Source of the DNA: Eledone cirrhosa
Taxonomy: Eukaryota
Direction: 5' to 3'
Length of the DNA stretch: 64,000 nt
Assembly: GCA_964016885.1 (NCBI GenBank)
Contig: OZ024756.1
Span: 33,294,001-33,358,000 of the forward strand
Below, piece by piece: positions 60,458 through 64,000 of the stretch. The first letter of the stretch is position 1, and the number at the start of each line of letters is the position of its first letter. Position numbers and translations under genes: made by a program. The notes beneath the pieces are model-generated. The model saw only the letters and a list, made by a program, of their open reading frames with translations, searched no databases and was not told the DNA's origin.

Positions 60458-60576
60458 CTGATGCTACTGTGAATCATCAAACTCAAACAACGAACGGGTT
60501 TGCTCTACTGAGAAGTTTCTCAATCTCCCTTCTTGGATTGTATTGCGTGTTTCTGGCCACAGGATTCCCTTTATGA
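60458..60576 (+). CDS. Terminal coding exon with GPI-anchor-like C-terminal signal
   Basis: ttctgtatttttcag|CT, phase 1. TDATVNHQTQTTNGFALLRSFSISLLGLYCVFLATGFPL*: small-residue omega candidate (N/G) followed by a hydrophobic tail ending at the stop. AATAAA at ~60654. Confidence 0.8.
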
Positions 60577-61013
60577 TGTAGCACAGCTCACTCCTTGGCC
60601 GAATATGAGAATAATCTCCTTTAAGCTGAAAACAATTTTAAAAAATGAATTTAAATAAAAGAAAAAAGTAAAAAAAAATGAAGATTACAAAAAAAAAAGT
60701 TCTATGTTGCGATTGTATAGGAATGAGTTAGGTTACAGTTATTAAGATGGAACATAACCCCATTTAATCGGAGACATCCTGGATTTGGGGGTCCGATGAT
60801 TAAATGTAGTGTTGAGTTAGTGAGTCGAAAAAGGAGCTGAAAAGAAATGAACAATACAATGAGTGACAGTAAAAATGAATATTTCAATAAGAAATAATTT
60901 TTTTAAGAAACCTGAGATACATATTTAAAAAAGAACAAAAACAGAACAAACAACATTTATTTGCTATGCATTGCTGCGAAATTCGATATATAATTTAACG
61001 TCAGTATAGGGAC

Positions 61014-61053
<40 letters not shown>

Positions 61054-61212
61054 TTTTTTAGCAAGCTTAATGATAATACGATTCATTATGCTACGTTAAT
61101 TTTTTCAGCTTATTTTACTACAGCATAAATTCCCGAACTTAATACCGGGTGAAATAGACAAATTATTTGAATATAATTGTTTAATAATAATAACAATAGT
61201 GATAATAATAAT

Positions 61213-61263
<51 letters not shown>

Positions 61264-61666
61264 TTAGAAATAAAGTCTGCACACACGTCAGGAACACAGA
61301 CATGGATCCAGTGGTGCAGATGACGATCGCCTGAGCATGCTTCAAGAAAAAAAAAATATGATGACAGTGATAATAGCAATAATAATAATCATGAAAATTA
61401 TTATTGTTATTATGATAAAACCATTCAATATTAAACACTATATTACAATAATGAACATGAACAGAGAGGCGGACCTAGTGAGGCGCGTGAATTCTCTCTT
61501 TAAATAACTGATATAAATAGTATTAAGAATAATAGAATTAAGAATAAATATAATACTTATGAGTTAATTCTCGACAGCAATGCTACCATTTGAAGTTATT
61601 AAATATACTTTTATTTCATAAATTCTTAGTTATGTTTTATATTATAGAATTTCAATGCATAGTAGG

Positions 61667-61741
<75 letters not shown>

Positions 61742-61742
<1 letters not shown>

Positions 61743-61955
61743 TTTATCATATATAGGCACAAGGTCAGCAATTTTGGGGGAGGGGAAAGTCGATTAAATC
61801 GATCTCGGCGGGATTTGAAAACGCCGAAGTTAACTTTGCCTTTCATCCTTACGGGATCGATAAAATAAAGTACCAGTAACGCACTGGTGTCGATTTAATC
61901 GACTTTCCCCTCCACTAAAATTTCTGGGCTTGTGCCTATATATAAGAAGCCATTA
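61742..61955. mobile_element. Rearranged inverted SINE pair in the 3' UTR or downstream region
   Basis: SINE 3' part on - (61742-61822) fused to core and tail on +. Confidence 0.8.
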
Positions 61956-62397
61956 TTTAGGCATAATAGAATGATAATAATATTCAAAATGATATATATT
62001 ATAATCATAATTTATTTTGAAACATATTACTGAAATAATTATTACGGAAACGAAACATGTTTTCCTTTTTAATTTTTTCTATTTACGAAGCCTCCACAAA
62101 ATTCAAGTTTTCTGATGGATGATAGTATGAAGTTTAATGATAGTAGTCTTTAATACAATAATAAAATATTAAAACCTGAGCTTATTTTAGGGTGTATTTG
62201 TAAACTTCCTGTCTCATCTATAAAATGGGAAGCAATGTATATTTTTTTCGTTCATCATACGCATACGTAGTTGACGTTCCCCAAATGGTATTTCAAATTT
62301 TAAATTTTGCTACCAAATATAGTAAACATATAAATAATTTACAATTACGATGCTACACAATAACTAAATGAATATATATATATATATATATATGTAT

Positions 62398-62477
<80 letters not shown>

Positions 62478-62743
62478 ATATATGTATGTATACATACATA
62501 TATATATATACAAACATATTCATATATATATATATACATATATATACATACATATATATGTATGTATATAAATATAAATATGTGTTTATATATATTTGTC
62601 TGCATAGGTTTGTACATGTATATATATATAAATTATATGAATATATATATATATATATATCCGTTAACGTATGAGACATATACGTATACACACACACACG
62701 AGTATATATATATATATACATACATATATACATATACATATAC

Positions 62744-62786
<43 letters not shown>

Positions 62787-62797
62787 TATACATATAC

Positions 62798-62903
<106 letters not shown>

Positions 62904-62921
62904 AGAGACAATTATACAACT

Positions 62922-62952
<31 letters not shown>

Positions 62953-63196
62953 TTAGTAATTTTCAGTATAAAAAATTTGAAATAAAGTCCGTTGTTAAAA
63001 TTATTTACGTAAGTGAAAAAAATCTCAATTTAGATGTCATTGAATTAGTTGAATACTCTCGTAAATAAAATGAAACCTAAGGGGATTATTTCCTTGGGAA
63101 GAAGAATACCAAAACTTATATTTAAAACAAACGACTTCAAATGTTTAAAGCGAAAGTATAAACACATACACATGCACACACATATATGTACGTATA

Positions 63197-63283
<87 letters not shown>

Positions 63284-64000
63284 GCATGTATATATATATA
63301 TATATATATATATATGCTCATACATATATGTGTATGTGCATGCATGTACATGCAGATGTTTGAAACTGTATGCACATATTTGCAATAATAATCTTTGATT
63401 AATATAAAAGAAATATATTTAAATGAATCAAACAATCGCAGGTGCAATATTAGATGTACCTTATGTTATGAAAAATGTTATCTCCTTGTTATTCATAACT
63501 AAGAGTTGTTTATGTTTACATACAAATGCAAACATACACACGCACACACAATCCCCAAACACACAGGAAACTATATATATATATATGTGCGTAAATGAAT
63601 TTGAAATCACCTCTAATTTAGGCTGTTTGTTTGTGCATGTGTATACTCCTAATATCAGTTAATTATTTTCAAAGCAATTAAGTATAAGTTGATATATTTG
63701 AAATGCAGATGTATTGCTTAATTAGCAACTACATAAGTTAATTAGTTTAGAAACTTGTTTTTTGTCTGAAGGCTACCAAAATATAAATTTTAAAAATATG
63801 ATGATAATGAAGATGTTGGGATGCTATCTTGCAGTTCCTTATAGGCCCTTATATTTCGGGATAAAATCGCTTCATCAAAAGAATGATAGAGTAAACTAGT
63901 ATGGGGCTGTATATTCTTTATCGCTCTTAAGCCGCCAACTTTGAAACTTAAATAAATCGGTAAATAAATAAATCATCTGTAACAGGATTTAAATATCGAG

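Overview
AT-rich, microsatellite-saturated animal genomic DNA. The dominant tRNA-derived SINE resembles octopod cephalopod SINEs (inference). One host gene is visible on the + strand: the 3' part of a GPI-anchored Ig-superfamily adhesion protein (Ig - FN3 - two 60-nt S/T/P stalk exons - GPI signal; klingon/lachesin-like), with six exons from 5182 to 60576 and a ~35 kb intron. Its introns hold about 25 SINE copies, fragments of R4/Dong, RTE and Tx1-like LINEs, and a 5'-truncated Naiad-type Penelope-like element (GIY-YIG endonuclease, inverted pseudo-LTRs with hammerhead ribozymes). The main unexplained signal is at least 8 sequence-unrelated families of short non-coding elements embedded in (TA)n, mostly as fold-back palindromes with a minimal type-I hammerhead motif in each arm. 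Several carry family-fixed non-canonical cores, and some copies end at or next to the predicted cleavage site. Nearly all ORF-track entries are microsatellite translation artefacts. Repeat boundaries were read by eye and are approximate; ribozyme activity is predicted, not shown.
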